Part shown: positions 1 to 8,601 of the stretch, one piece after another
Layout of the letters: the number at the start of each line of letters is the position of its first letter
How positions within the stretch are numbered: the first letter of the stretch is position 1
NCBI GenBank assembly: GCA_039815185.1
Contig: JBCBZT010000093.1
Span: 1-17,729, forward strand
Source of the DNA: Cyanobacteria bacterium P01_A01_bin.123
GTDB lineage: Bacteria; Cyanobacteriota; Cyanobacteriia; Phormidesmidales; Phormidesmidaceae
DNA: 17,729 nt
Direction of reading: 5' to 3'
Program-made: the position numbers and the translations under genes
The notes under the pieces: generated by a model
Databases searched by the model: none
Told to the model about the DNA's origin: nothing
The model's input: only the letters and a program-made list of their open reading frames with translations

Positions 1-1
1 A

Positions 2-175
2 CTCACTCATAGCCTGACATTTGAGCAAGGAGAGGGGCTGGTTAATTTTCTGCCACAATTAGGAGTCGGTATCTTTGGTGGATGGAGCGCCGCAATCTTG
101 TTTACTCTGCTACTGAGTTCATCTCTATTTTTGCGATGGCGATTTGGAGGCTGGCAAAAAATTAGTTCGAGATAG
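2..175 (+). CDS. 3' end of a probable MATE-family efflux transporter (5' part outside the window)
   Basis: Frame 2 is open from the window edge to TAG at 173-175 and reads LTHSLTFEQGEGLVNFLPQLGVGIFGGWSAAILFTLLLSSSLFLRWRFGGWQKISSR*. The G-x-G-x-x-G-x-W final helix and RWRxGxW tail resemble MATE C-termini. Not in the ORF track. Confidence 0.65.
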   Translation, partial: LTHSLTFEQGEGLVNFLPQLGVGIFGGWSAAILFTLLLSSSLFLRWRFGGWQKISSR

Positions 176-480
176 ATCACAGCCTACTGATTAGGTGCAG
201 TTTTCTCACAAATATCCTCTGGATAATCACCTGAAGATTTAACTGAGGCAGTCCAACTCTCATTAGATCGACAGTTGCAGTCCATCTACCTGAAATAGGG
301 CGGATAGGCTAACTACCCGCAGTATATCTCGCTGACTTGTGTGGATAGATTGCGATTTGTCCATATAGCCCACTTATATCGGGCAGATATATTGAAAGTT
401 TCAGTGTAGCCACCTGGTTTTATCCGTAGACTTCAATCGGTGCATGTCAAAATTAAGACTCACGCCTGCATCTAGCATCT

Positions 481-528
481 ATGGAAACTCAACCCCGAAA
501 GTTACTAGATCAAGTGCGATCGCGCTGA
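481..528 (+). pseudogene. intI: N-terminal remnant of an integron-integrase-like tyrosine recombinase, truncated at a HIP1 site
   Basis: ATG at 481 gives METQPRKLLDQVRSR*. This resembles the M-E-x-x-P-[RK]-KLLDQVR start of cyanobacterial IntI-like integrases, which normally continues DxIRxKHYS. Similarity ends at GCGATCGC (516-523). Confidence 0.55.
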
Positions 529-538
529 TGCTTCAGCA

Positions 539-3256
539 TCAAGGGGTATTACAGGTATTCGCCGCTGCATTCGCTGCGATCGTAGCTAGGTTGTTAGCAT
601 TGCCCGTTAAGGGTTCTAGCTGTAGCGTCCCAGTGTTCGCCGTTGAGAGATTGATCACATCTTGATTCGTGTTGTTTTGAATGCGGAGGCATAGGGTGCT
701 GCCAGGGGCCGCCCCACCCGCGATCGCTCGAATATCAGTCGCATTATTGTTCAGTGTATTTTGCTGAATGGCAATATCCGTTTGAGAACTGCCATTGATC
801 GCAGTTCCTGGGGTGATTGCACTGTCTTGGGTGACCACGTTAATTCCCTGACCGTTGGTGTGTCCGGTAATGGTATTACCAGACAATAATGCCCGTAACT
901 GAGCACCAGTCGCAGCAACACTCCCCACTCTCAGGTCAATGCCATCATCAAAATTATTCAAGATCTGATTATTGGAGATCGTGAGGTTACTCAAATTAGC
1001 CCCATTCTCCACCGTGACTTGAATACCATCTCCAGCGAGGGGGGCAACCGTGCCGTTGCCTTCAATGCGGTTATTCAAAATCGATACGGTACCCGTTGCA
1101 TTGCCTCCTAGGCTAACAACAATACCGTCCCCCGCATTGCCGCTGCCAGCATTTGCGCCACCCACTGTATTGCCAGAGAGGGTCAAATTGAAATCACCAG
1201 TATTGTTCCTCAGGGCAATACCTTGACCCTCAACACGGAGGTTACCTCCACCCGCAACGGTACCCGTGACTGAATTTCCGCTTAGCGTGATCGTGCCAGT
1301 GACATCTTCTAGATAAATCCCAGCAGGGCGGCCAAGGCCAGCAGTTGTCGTTTGCTGGACAGTATTGTCGCGAACTTCAATGCCGTTCAATTGCTCAACA
1401 TAGATGCCTGCGCGTCTAGCGGCGATCACCGTATTACCGACTACCACTGAGTTAGCAGACCCATCAATCTCAATCCCTTCCTCCCCAGATTGATTAATAG
1501 TGTTGTTGCTAACGGTAGTGCCACTGGAATTGAAGATGAGGAGACCTCTTTCCCCAATTTGAGTAAATTGATTGTTGCTCACCACACTGTTAGGCGAATT
1601 AGCAAGTTCAAGGCCTTCATCTTCCGGTTGGATAATCTGATTGCTCAGAATCTGAGCGTTTGGTGAGTCCAGAACCCGTATTGCATCAAATCTGGGTTGA
1701 ACAATCACATTGTCACGAACCACTACATTGGCAGCATTATTGGCCACGATGCCATTGTCTGCGTTGCGAATGTCAAATCCAGATAAGAGGTTGTTACCGC
1801 CGACTAAAGTTACCCCATTGTTGCCGCCACCCGTGACCCTAGGCAATGTCCCCAAATCGCCAAAATTCGGCAGATTGACTGACGTGGTACCTAAAGTCGG
1901 GGCGATCGCCAGCGTTTGTACCACACCACTCGATCGCACCTGTACCCCAGCCGGAATTGTAAACCCTGGAATTGCGTTAGCGGCAGTATTACCAGGACGG
2001 ACATAAACAATATCGTTAGGGTTTGCATTGCCCAGCGCTGTCGTGGCTGCACCGCCACTGTTGCCCAATGTGGTAAAAGGGTTTGCAACTGTACCAGCAC
2101 CTTGGTCGGCATTGGCATTATCCGGCGATACATGAATAAAGTTGTAAGCCTGACCCGTAGCAGGATTCACAGCCACAATATTTGAGGCCTGAGTCTCGAT
2201 CACGGTTTGATTGTCAACAATCACTACTGGGTTGCGAGTCACTGGTTCTGCTGCCCTAGCCCAGAGCAGCGCCTCTGGCTCAACTTCTGCCCCGTCCGGG
2301 GGTTGAACTGGCCCTCCTACGATTGCATTCACTGAGAAAAAGACATTGGTGCCAAATAAGCCATCATGTTGAATGCCCAGACCAAAACGGAGATTATCTT
2401 GCAAACGATAGTCAAGCCGCATCCGCACACCCAGGCTGTCTTCTGATTCATTGCCGCCGTAGTAATAAAGCCCTGGATAAGCCCAAAGATTGCCCCAATC
2501 GTTTGAAAACTCCGCCAGGCGAAAGCCGCCTTCTAAATCAACTCCATTCAGTGCAGCTTCAACCTGGTTAAACTGGCCCACGTCAAACACCAGTTGATTT
2601 TCTCGAAACCGAGGATTAAGCCCCACGCTGCCACCGCTCGTAACCTGATTGCGCGTGTCGCCAATCGGTAAGTAAGCATTAAAGTGGACATCCCAAGTTT
2701 CACCAAAGGCTTCTAACCCTGCCGACAGCTGGGTAAAGTCACTGCGACCCGTGTTGCGAAAATCGACCCCAGTATAGCCGCCAAACAAAGTGTTGCCCGA
2801 GAGAAATCGATAGCCCGCCAGCAAACTACCCCCCAGGTTGGCACTATTGTCGAGGCTAACTCGGGGCACTAGATAAACCAAGCTGTCGCCAGGGGTTTGG
2901 ATAACGGGGATAAAGCCTTCGAAGCCAGTCAAGCCTCGGTCAAATCCACCGTTGGCACTGTTGTAGTTAATTGTCCAACGAGGCGTGATACGCAGATCAG
3001 CCGCTGAGGTTGAGGACTGAGTAGGCAGTTGAGTCTCATCGAGGTCAGGTTCAATCGTTTGCGCTGAGACCGCAGTCATAGGCATCAAGGCTACCAGCAG
3101 AGAACTCATTAAATAAAAGCTGTGGCGAGCTGCCGCACAGGAAATCTCCGTGACTTTAAGGCGTTTTCTAGGGCCTGACCACGCAGCATTGTCGGTTTGA
3201 AAATTAGCACTCGACATCACGAGACCTCTTGCATAAATCGAACGTTGATAGACCAT
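539..3256 (-). CDS. Outer-membrane/surface protein: signal peptide, inverse-autotransporter-like beta-barrel and right-handed parallel beta-helix repeats
   Basis: Signal-like segment SSLLVALMPMTAVSAQ. Intimin/invasin-barrel-like strands (GGSLLAGYR, GGYTGVDFR, FTQLSAGLE, WDVHFNAYLPIG, GVDLEGG). A FIHVSP...GTVANPFTTL motif, then Asn/Gly-rich ~23-aa PbH1-like repeats and a C-terminal Cys pair. The true start may be 3217 or 3109. Confidence 0.8.
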   Translation of the reverse strand: MVYQRSIYARGLVMSSANFQTDNAAWSGPRKRLKVTEISCAAARHSFYLMSSLLVALMPMTAVSAQTIEPDLDETQLPTQSSTSAADLRITPRWTINYNSANGGFDRGLTGFEGFIPVIQTPGDSLVYLVPRVSLDNSANLGGSLLAGYRFLSGNTLFGGYTGVDFRNTGRSDFTQLSAGLEAFGETWDVHFNAYLPIGDTRNQVTSGGSVGLNPRFRENQLVFDVGQFNQVEAALNGVDLEGGFRLAEFSNDWGNLWAYPGLYYYGGNESEDSLGVRMRLDYRLQDNLRFGLGIQHDGLFGTNVFFSVNAIVGGPVQPPDGAEVEPEALLWARAAEPVTRNPVVIVDNQTVIETQASNIVAVNPATGQAYNFIHVSPDNANADQGAGTVANPFTTLGNSGGAATTALGNANPNDIVYVRPGNTAANAIPGFTIPAGVQVRSSGVVQTLAIAPTLGTTSVNLPNFGDLGTLPRVTGGGNNGVTLVGGNNLLSGFDIRNADNGIVANNAANVVVRDNVIVQPRFDAIRVLDSPNAQILSNQIIQPEDEGLELANSPNSVVSNNQFTQIGERGLLIFNSSGTTVSNNTINQSGEEGIEIDGSANSVVVGNTVIAARRAGIYVEQLNGIEVRDNTVQQTTTAGLGRPAGIYLEDVTGTITLSGNSVTGTVAGGGNLRVEGQGIALRNNTGDFNLTLSGNTVGGANAGSGNAGDGIVVSLGGNATGTVSILNNRIEGNGTVAPLAGDGIQVTVENGANLSNLTISNNQILNNFDDGIDLRVGSVAATGAQLRALLSGNTITGHTNGQGINVVTQDSAITPGTAINGSSQTDIAIQQNTLNNNATDIRAIAGGAAPGSTLCLRIQNNTNQDVINLSTANTGTLQLEPLTGNANNLATIAANAAANTCNTP

Positions 3257-4161
3257 GGGAGTAAGCCGTTGGATGTGGCCTCTTGCCTGGTGGAGTCCAC
3301 TATGGCCAAAATCCTTGGCAGAAAAAATTCTGAAACTGCAACCTTTTGCACTTTAAAAGTTCAGTTTTATTCAGGTGTTGGCTTGACGAGTGGTTTCAGT
3401 CACCAAGAACGATGAGTCTTGGATATGCGCACCAACCCTGAATTAGAAGAAGGCGTTCAGGCATCTTGTAAAGCGAATCTATGGAGAGTGACGCCTGCGA
3501 TCACCTGACGGTGAGCAAGCGTCATGGGTGCATGTTTTTCACGTCTTCCGTCACGCGATCGCGTTAAATTTAGCACCTAAAACTTTTCGAATATGCACTC
3601 AAGTACTTAGAACTTGAAGTGACAAAATCTCATCAGAACTCTAGTCACAAAGGAGGATTAGAAATTTCCGTTAGCTTTTCAAAGCTAAGGCTATAAGTAC
3701 CTTTATCTAGGCGATATATCAATAACTCGTTAGATTACTGAAATAAAATAAACGCTTTTTGGCGGAGTAATTTAGTGAAACTGATGAACCTAATATACGC
3801 AAATTCTCTCAGAAAGTCTTCCTTGATACATAAGACTCAATGAAGAGGAGGTAAATTTTCTACCCTAATCTATCCGCAGTCCGATAAAAATACGGAGATT
3901 TTTCCCCGGTTTGACAATGAGGTTTCTGCTGCTGCTCTCTGTTCAAGGCCCCAATTGCTGAACCAAAAATTCACGAATTACAGCATCTTCTGTTAACTCA
4001 ATGGCCCAGGCGTAAGCCTGCTGAGTCGCTGTGTCTGTCCCATGCACTGGAGTAAATAGACTTTTAACGCCCGATAGGGCTGATAGGTTTTCACCGCGCC
4101 ATCAGACAGAGTCGCCAGAAACACCAAAGAGTTGCCAGAGACAGGGTGTTGCCCAGCTTCC

Positions 4162-4611
4162 TTAAGGTTCAGGACTCTCAGGAGTCGCCTCTAAAAAGTC
4201 TTGGGCATTGGGAAAATAGCTTGACCAATAGCGCGGATCCGGGCGATTGCTCCATTGTTGCCGACTGGCTTGAAGCTGCATGATTGGCAACGTATTGCCC
4301 TGTTTATCAGCGGTGATGATCACGACCACCTCAGTGACTAAAATATCGGCGTCAAAGCTGCGTTGGGCGGCGGCTCTAGCAGCATTATCAGCGCGCCGAA
4401 TCAGGGCTTCGTAGGTTTCGTCTTGCCCTTGGCTAAGGAAAAGATTGACTCGGGCAGTGTAGGCTTGGGCGGCTTGAGGCACAATTGCGGCCTGTAAAAC
4501 CCAGCCGCCAGCCGCCAAACCAAGGGCAACCGCTAAACCCAATGGCGCGATCGCAATAGCTCGAGCCAACCTTAACGGCATGTTGGACACTACTCGATTC
4601 CGAAAGTTCAT
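4162..4611 (-). CDS. Conserved cyanobacterial hypothetical exported protein
   Basis: Hydrophobic signal ending in AQA, followed by YTARV...ETYEALIRRA..AARAAAQRSFDADILVTEV...WSNRPDP, which I recognise as a cyanobacterial hypothetical family. ATG at 4611 or 4581 is preferred over TTG at 4647. Confidence 0.7.
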   Translation of the reverse strand: MNFRNRVVSNMPLRLARAIAIAPLGLAVALGLAAGGWVLQAAIVPQAAQAYTARVNLFLSQGQDETYEALIRRADNAARAAAQRSFDADILVTEVVVIITADKQGNTLPIMQLQASRQQWSNRPDPRYWSSYFPNAQDFLEATPESPEP

Positions 4612-4794
4612 CACGCAAAGCCCCTCAAGGAGTAATAGACGGTTCAATTTAAGCGAATACCCAAGGATGGTTGATTAAAGTGATAAAAGCTTAGCTCAAG
4701 TTGAAGACTTCCGCTCAAAAAAATTGCCCTGTAAAAGCTTGTTTATGCTATCTTCTGGGCATCTCCAAGGGGTCGCTTAAGGTCGGGTTTAACT

Positions 4795-7089
4795 ATGAAT
4801 TACTGGGCAATCATCACGGGTATCAACCAATATCAAAATCTTCAACCACTGATGTATGCCCAGCAGGATGCTTTGAGCCTGTGGCATTTTTTGGTCGATG
4901 ATGCGGCGTTTGAGGCCAATCACGGTGCCCTCTTAAGCGATATTGCCACATCAGACGAAGCCGGAACACGGACGTTGTCAGCCTATGGCAAAACGTGGCG
5001 CGATCGCATTGTCCAGCTTTGTCAACAGCAGGTGCAGCCCGACGATTTACTCTGGGTCTTTTTTAGTGGTTATGGTGCCCAGTTTGAGGGGCAAGACTAT
5101 TTGATGCCGATTGACGGCGACCCCAACCAGATTCCCGATACGGCTCTGGCAGTACAGTGGCTTTATCAACAGCTAAAGCTAGCCCCCACTGACAACATTG
5201 TGGTGGCGTTAGACATCAATCGCAGTCAAGGGGCCTTAGCTGACCAGCAGATTGGTAGCCAAATCATTGAATTAGCCAAGGATTTTGGCATTGCTACCCT
5301 GCTGTCGTGTCAACCGACAGAATTTACCCACGAAACTGTGGCGGTGGGTCACGGCTTATTCACCCAGGCCTTGTTAGAAGGCATGCAACACCATGGTTGC
5401 GTCACCCTAGGTCAAATTTCAGACTATCTCAGCGATCGCCTGCCAGAACTTTGCGAACACCATTGGCGACCGATCCAGCATCCGGTGGCGCTAATTCCAC
5501 GAGACAAGCAGTTTCTGATGCTGATGTCACCAGAAGCGGTGACTCATTTGCCGTTGACAGAGGCCGCCGCTGCCGCCATGGCTGTGCCAGACCCAAAACC
5601 CGTCTCAAGTTCACCATCCTACTTCTCCAGCGATGATTTGCCAGAGCAGATCTCTGACCACCGCCAACCGGAATCGCCCGTTCCTGCCCCGCCGATTGCG
5701 GCCCAATCAGTCTTAACTCAATCAGTTGCGACTCAACCCGACCCCCCGCAGGATCCCTATCCCCAACCGATAGGGGCTACGGCTGCATCTGCTGAGGCAA
5801 CCTTGACCCCGGATGTTCCAGTTTCGCCATCCGCTAACCCAACTGCTGCTGACCCAATTCCGGAGCCCCCTGAAGCTGACGAGCCCCTTGAAGCCGATGA
5901 ACCCTTTAGTGACTTCGGTGACTTCAGCGGATTCCGCTGGGTTTTGTCCGTGGCTATTTTTGCAGTCGTGGGGGCGCTTGTCGGCCAATTGATTGGCTTG
6001 CCGACCCTGATCTCGAACTTCTTTAACGATTCCTCAGAAACAGCCGTGTCTAATGGAGAGCCGATCCCACAGCAAAATCCAGAACAGCGCTTAGAAGCGG
6101 ACCCAGAAACGGACTCATCTGCTGATGCTGATGTAGCCAACAGCGAAACTGAGCAACCCACTGCCGATGCCAATTCAGGTTTAGCCGAATCAACGGCAGC
6201 AGATGCCTCAGAAAATGGACTGGCAAGCAATACTGTGGAATCCATGCGCCCAACCCCTACAAATCTCAATGGCGAGGCCAATGCCGTAGTGGAAGCCGCT
6301 TCATCAAGCCATCCCCTATTTGCCCGTGCAATTGTCCCCATTGATCCAGCAGGTGCGCCTTCTGAGTTGGCAATGGCTCAAGCCGCGATCGCCGATCAGC
6401 GCTTCTCTGATGCTTTAATCTGGCTAACCCAGGTACCATTTGGGCAGCAAACCACAGACTACCAAGTGCTTTATGAGCAGGTGGAAAGGGATCTCTATGA
6501 TCAAAGCCAACGCAACCAAGCTGTATTAGCAGAAGCCCAGGTTCAGGCCGAGGCTAATCAGGTTGACAGTCTCAATCGGGCTATTTTTCAGGCCCAGCAG
6601 ATTAGACCGGGGGAAGCGCTTTATCGTGAAGCCCAAGCCACCATCTACACTTGGAGCCAGCAAATTTTGGCTTTGGCCCAAGCTGCCGCCGACGCGGAAA
6701 ATTTAGGGGCTGCGATCGCCATGGCTGATTTTGTCCCGCGGAGTCAACCTGCCGTCCATGCTACAGCTCAAGCCGCCGCCTTGCAGTGGCAAGGACGTTT
6801 AGCCTATCGTCAAATCATTGAGCAAGCTCAGATTTTGCCCCAACCCGGCCAAGCGGTCTCTTTTCACAAAGCGATTGTCCAGATCCGCGACATTCCCCCA
6901 GGCACCCCTGAATCTGGTGTTGCCCAGCAGCTAACCCAGCAATGGAGTGAAGAAATTCTCACGATTGCTCGTGCTAGGGCTGCCCAGGGACGTCTCCAGG
7001 ACGCGATCGCCGCAGCCCAGATGATTCCAACAGACACAACAGTTTATGCCAGTGCTCAACAGTTAATTGATCAATGGCAACGACAGTAA
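4795..7089 (+). CDS. Caspase-family (peptidase C14) pseudo-orthocaspase with a transmembrane helix and C-terminal helical repeats
   Basis: N-terminal motifs WAIITGINQY..LQPLMYAQQDA, WVFFSGYG, YLMPIDGDP, LDINRS and HGLFTQALLEG. Pro-rich linker, TM segment at about 5938-6000, and repeated AIxxAxxIP helical units. Confidence 0.9.
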   Translation: MNYWAIITGINQYQNLQPLMYAQQDALSLWHFLVDDAAFEANHGALLSDIATSDEAGTRTLSAYGKTWRDRIVQLCQQQVQPDDLLWVFFSGYGAQFEGQDYLMPIDGDPNQIPDTALAVQWLYQQLKLAPTDNIVVALDINRSQGALADQQIGSQIIELAKDFGIATLLSCQPTEFTHETVAVGHGLFTQALLEGMQHHGCVTLGQISDYLSDRLPELCEHHWRPIQHPVALIPRDKQFLMLMSPEAVTHLPLTEAAAAAMAVPDPKPVSSSPSYFSSDDLPEQISDHRQPESPVPAPPIAAQSVLTQSVATQPDPPQDPYPQPIGATAASAEATLTPDVPVSPSANPTAADPIPEPPEADEPLEADEPFSDFGDFSGFRWVLSVAIFAVVGALVGQLIGLPTLISNFFNDSSETAVSNGEPIPQQNPEQRLEADPETDSSADADVANSETEQPTADANSGLAESTAADASENGLASNTVESMRPTPTNLNGEANAVVEAASSSHPLFARAIVPIDPAGAPSELAMAQAAIADQRFSDALIWLTQVPFGQQTTDYQVLYEQVERDLYDQSQRNQAVLAEAQVQAEANQVDSLNRAIFQAQQIRPGEALYREAQATIYTWSQQILALAQAAADAENLGAAIAMADFVPRSQPAVHATAQAAALQWQGRLAYRQIIEQAQILPQPGQAVSFHKAIVQIRDIPPGTPESGVAQQLTQQWSEEILTIARARAAQGRLQDAIAAAQMIPTDTTVYASAQQLIDQWQRQ

Positions 7090-7102
7090 GGAAACAACTC
7101 TC

Positions 7103-7594
7103 ATGCAACATCGAATCGAACCCGGCCCCGGTCAAGAATCGGTTTGGGACTATCCCCGACCCCCCAAAGTTGAACCTTGTTCTAGGCGCATTCGCATTGT
7201 TTTTAACGGTGTAACGTTGGCCGATACCGATCAAGCCAAACGGGTGTTAGAAACCAGCCATCCCCCGGTGTACTACATACCGCCAGACGCTCTGCAGCAG
7301 CAATATCTACAATCCACACCACGAGCAACCTACTGCGAATGGAAAGGACAGGCAACTTACTTTAATCTCACCGTCGGCGATCTCAACGTCGCCAATGCCG
7401 CCTGGTGTTACCCTTCACCCACCGATCGATTCGCGATCATCAAAGACCATTTAGCCTTTTATCCCAGTTTGATGGATGCCTGCTACTTAGACGATGAGCA
7501 GGTACAAGCCCAAACAGGTGATTTTTACGGGGGATGGATTACCTCTGATATCGTGGGGCCGTTCAAAGGCGGTGCGGGCACTTGGGGATGGTAA
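7103..7594 (+). CDS. DUF427 family protein
   Basis: Motifs ESVWDYPRPP, RVLETSHPPVYYIP, CEWKGQATY, AAWCYP, GDFYGGWIT and GPFKGG..TWGW. ATG at 7103 follows an AAGGA Shine-Dalgarno-like sequence that overlaps the upstream stop codon. Confidence 0.9.
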   Translation: MQHRIEPGPGQESVWDYPRPPKVEPCSRRIRIVFNGVTLADTDQAKRVLETSHPPVYYIPPDALQQQYLQSTPRATYCEWKGQATYFNLTVGDLNVANAAWCYPSPTDRFAIIKDHLAFYPSLMDACYLDDEQVQAQTGDFYGGWITSDIVGPFKGGAGTWGW

Positions 7595-7609
7595 GCGCAT
7601 TTGGCAGCA

Positions 7610-8413
7610 TCAATCTTCGGGAGCGGTTAGCGGTGAAGATTCGATTTGCAATTCGCGGCGCACCCCGCTGAGGGCATCGACGGCGCGCTTGAGCCGGGCC
7701 TCTAGATACTGCTTTTGGTTGAGCAACTGGCGGAGACGTTGATTGCGCGCGATCGCCATACTAACCGCAGGCATTTGTTCTGGTGGGCAAGGTTGGCATC
7801 GCAACTTCCCCTCTTCGTCTAATCCACAAAGGCGATAGTTGGGCTCAAGAGCCAAACCCTGAGCCAAGCCTGGTAATTGACTTGAAGTCGAGCTTGCAGT
7901 AAAGGGCTCCCCTTGGGTTTGCGCTTCGCACAGGTGATTGACATAGGTCATCAGTTGCTCAGTATCACCGTGGCGCAACACAGCTGCATCCAACTCTGCC
8001 GGAGGCTTGGCCTGGGGTTGATAAGACTCTAGCCACCCGTCTACAATCGGCCCTTCTAAGTATATGTTTTGAATATCGACCAAAACAGTCCGCAAATCCT
8101 GCTGCCAGGTTTCAACCATCTGCTGAATATCACGCAGCATGGTCATGGCCAAGGCTGGATTTGCTTCATGGCGATGGCTACTCAAGGCCGTGCGTTTCAA
8201 TCTAGGTAACATTGGTAACGTTCCCGGAAACTGGTGCACCGGGAATGGATCAACTGTAAGTCGTTCGGGCGGATGGCTAGCTCTAGCAGCAGCAGCAGTC
8301 GGCGCTTTCCTCGCTGAAATCGTGAATGAGCAAGCCTTTACTTTCTGATGTCCTGCTGTTTCTTGTGGCCTATCTGCTTTAGCCTGAGCGGCCCGTTCAA
8401 TTTTGTTCACCAT
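7610..8413 (-). CDS. Conserved cyanobacterial hypothetical protein with coiled-coil segments
   Basis: 267-aa ORF with conserved-looking motifs SSHRHEANPALA, IYLEGPIVDGWLES, YRLCGLD and CPPEQ..VSMAIAR.Q.LRQLL. Confidence 0.75.
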   Translation of the reverse strand: MVNKIERAAQAKADRPQETAGHQKVKACSFTISARKAPTAAAARASHPPERLTVDPFPVHQFPGTLPMLPRLKRTALSSHRHEANPALAMTMLRDIQQMVETWQQDLRTVLVDIQNIYLEGPIVDGWLESYQPQAKPPAELDAAVLRHGDTEQLMTYVNHLCEAQTQGEPFTASSTSSQLPGLAQGLALEPNYRLCGLDEEGKLRCQPCPPEQMPAVSMAIARNQRLRQLLNQKQYLEARLKRAVDALSGVRRELQIESSPLTAPED

Positions 8414-8601
8414 AGATCCTGTGGAGACTACCTATGTTCCCATGTCTGATAATAACGACAAGTCCACAGAGTAGCGCATGCAAAGCCCAGATTTCTGCAA
8501 TCCAAACTTTGCAATAGAAACATACAAGTTCTATATGGCGTTTCGTTAGAATAGATCTAATACCGTTGAACCCAGGACATAGAAGAGCAGGAATTTAATT
8601 C

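Noticed and set aside
444..665. 73-aa plus-strand ORF
   Set aside because: It overlaps the 3' end of the surface-protein gene in antisense; the meaningful signal is the IntI-like stub in another frame.
5757..6341. 194-aa antisense ORF and the other short ORF-track entries overlapping major genes
   Set aside because: They are shadows of well-supported genes and show no family motifs.
8513..8533. ATAGAA-N9-TTCTAT palindrome in a divergent promoter as a LexA or NtcA site
   Set aside because: It matches neither GTA-N8-TAC nor the cyanobacterial LexA consensus, and is too short to assign.
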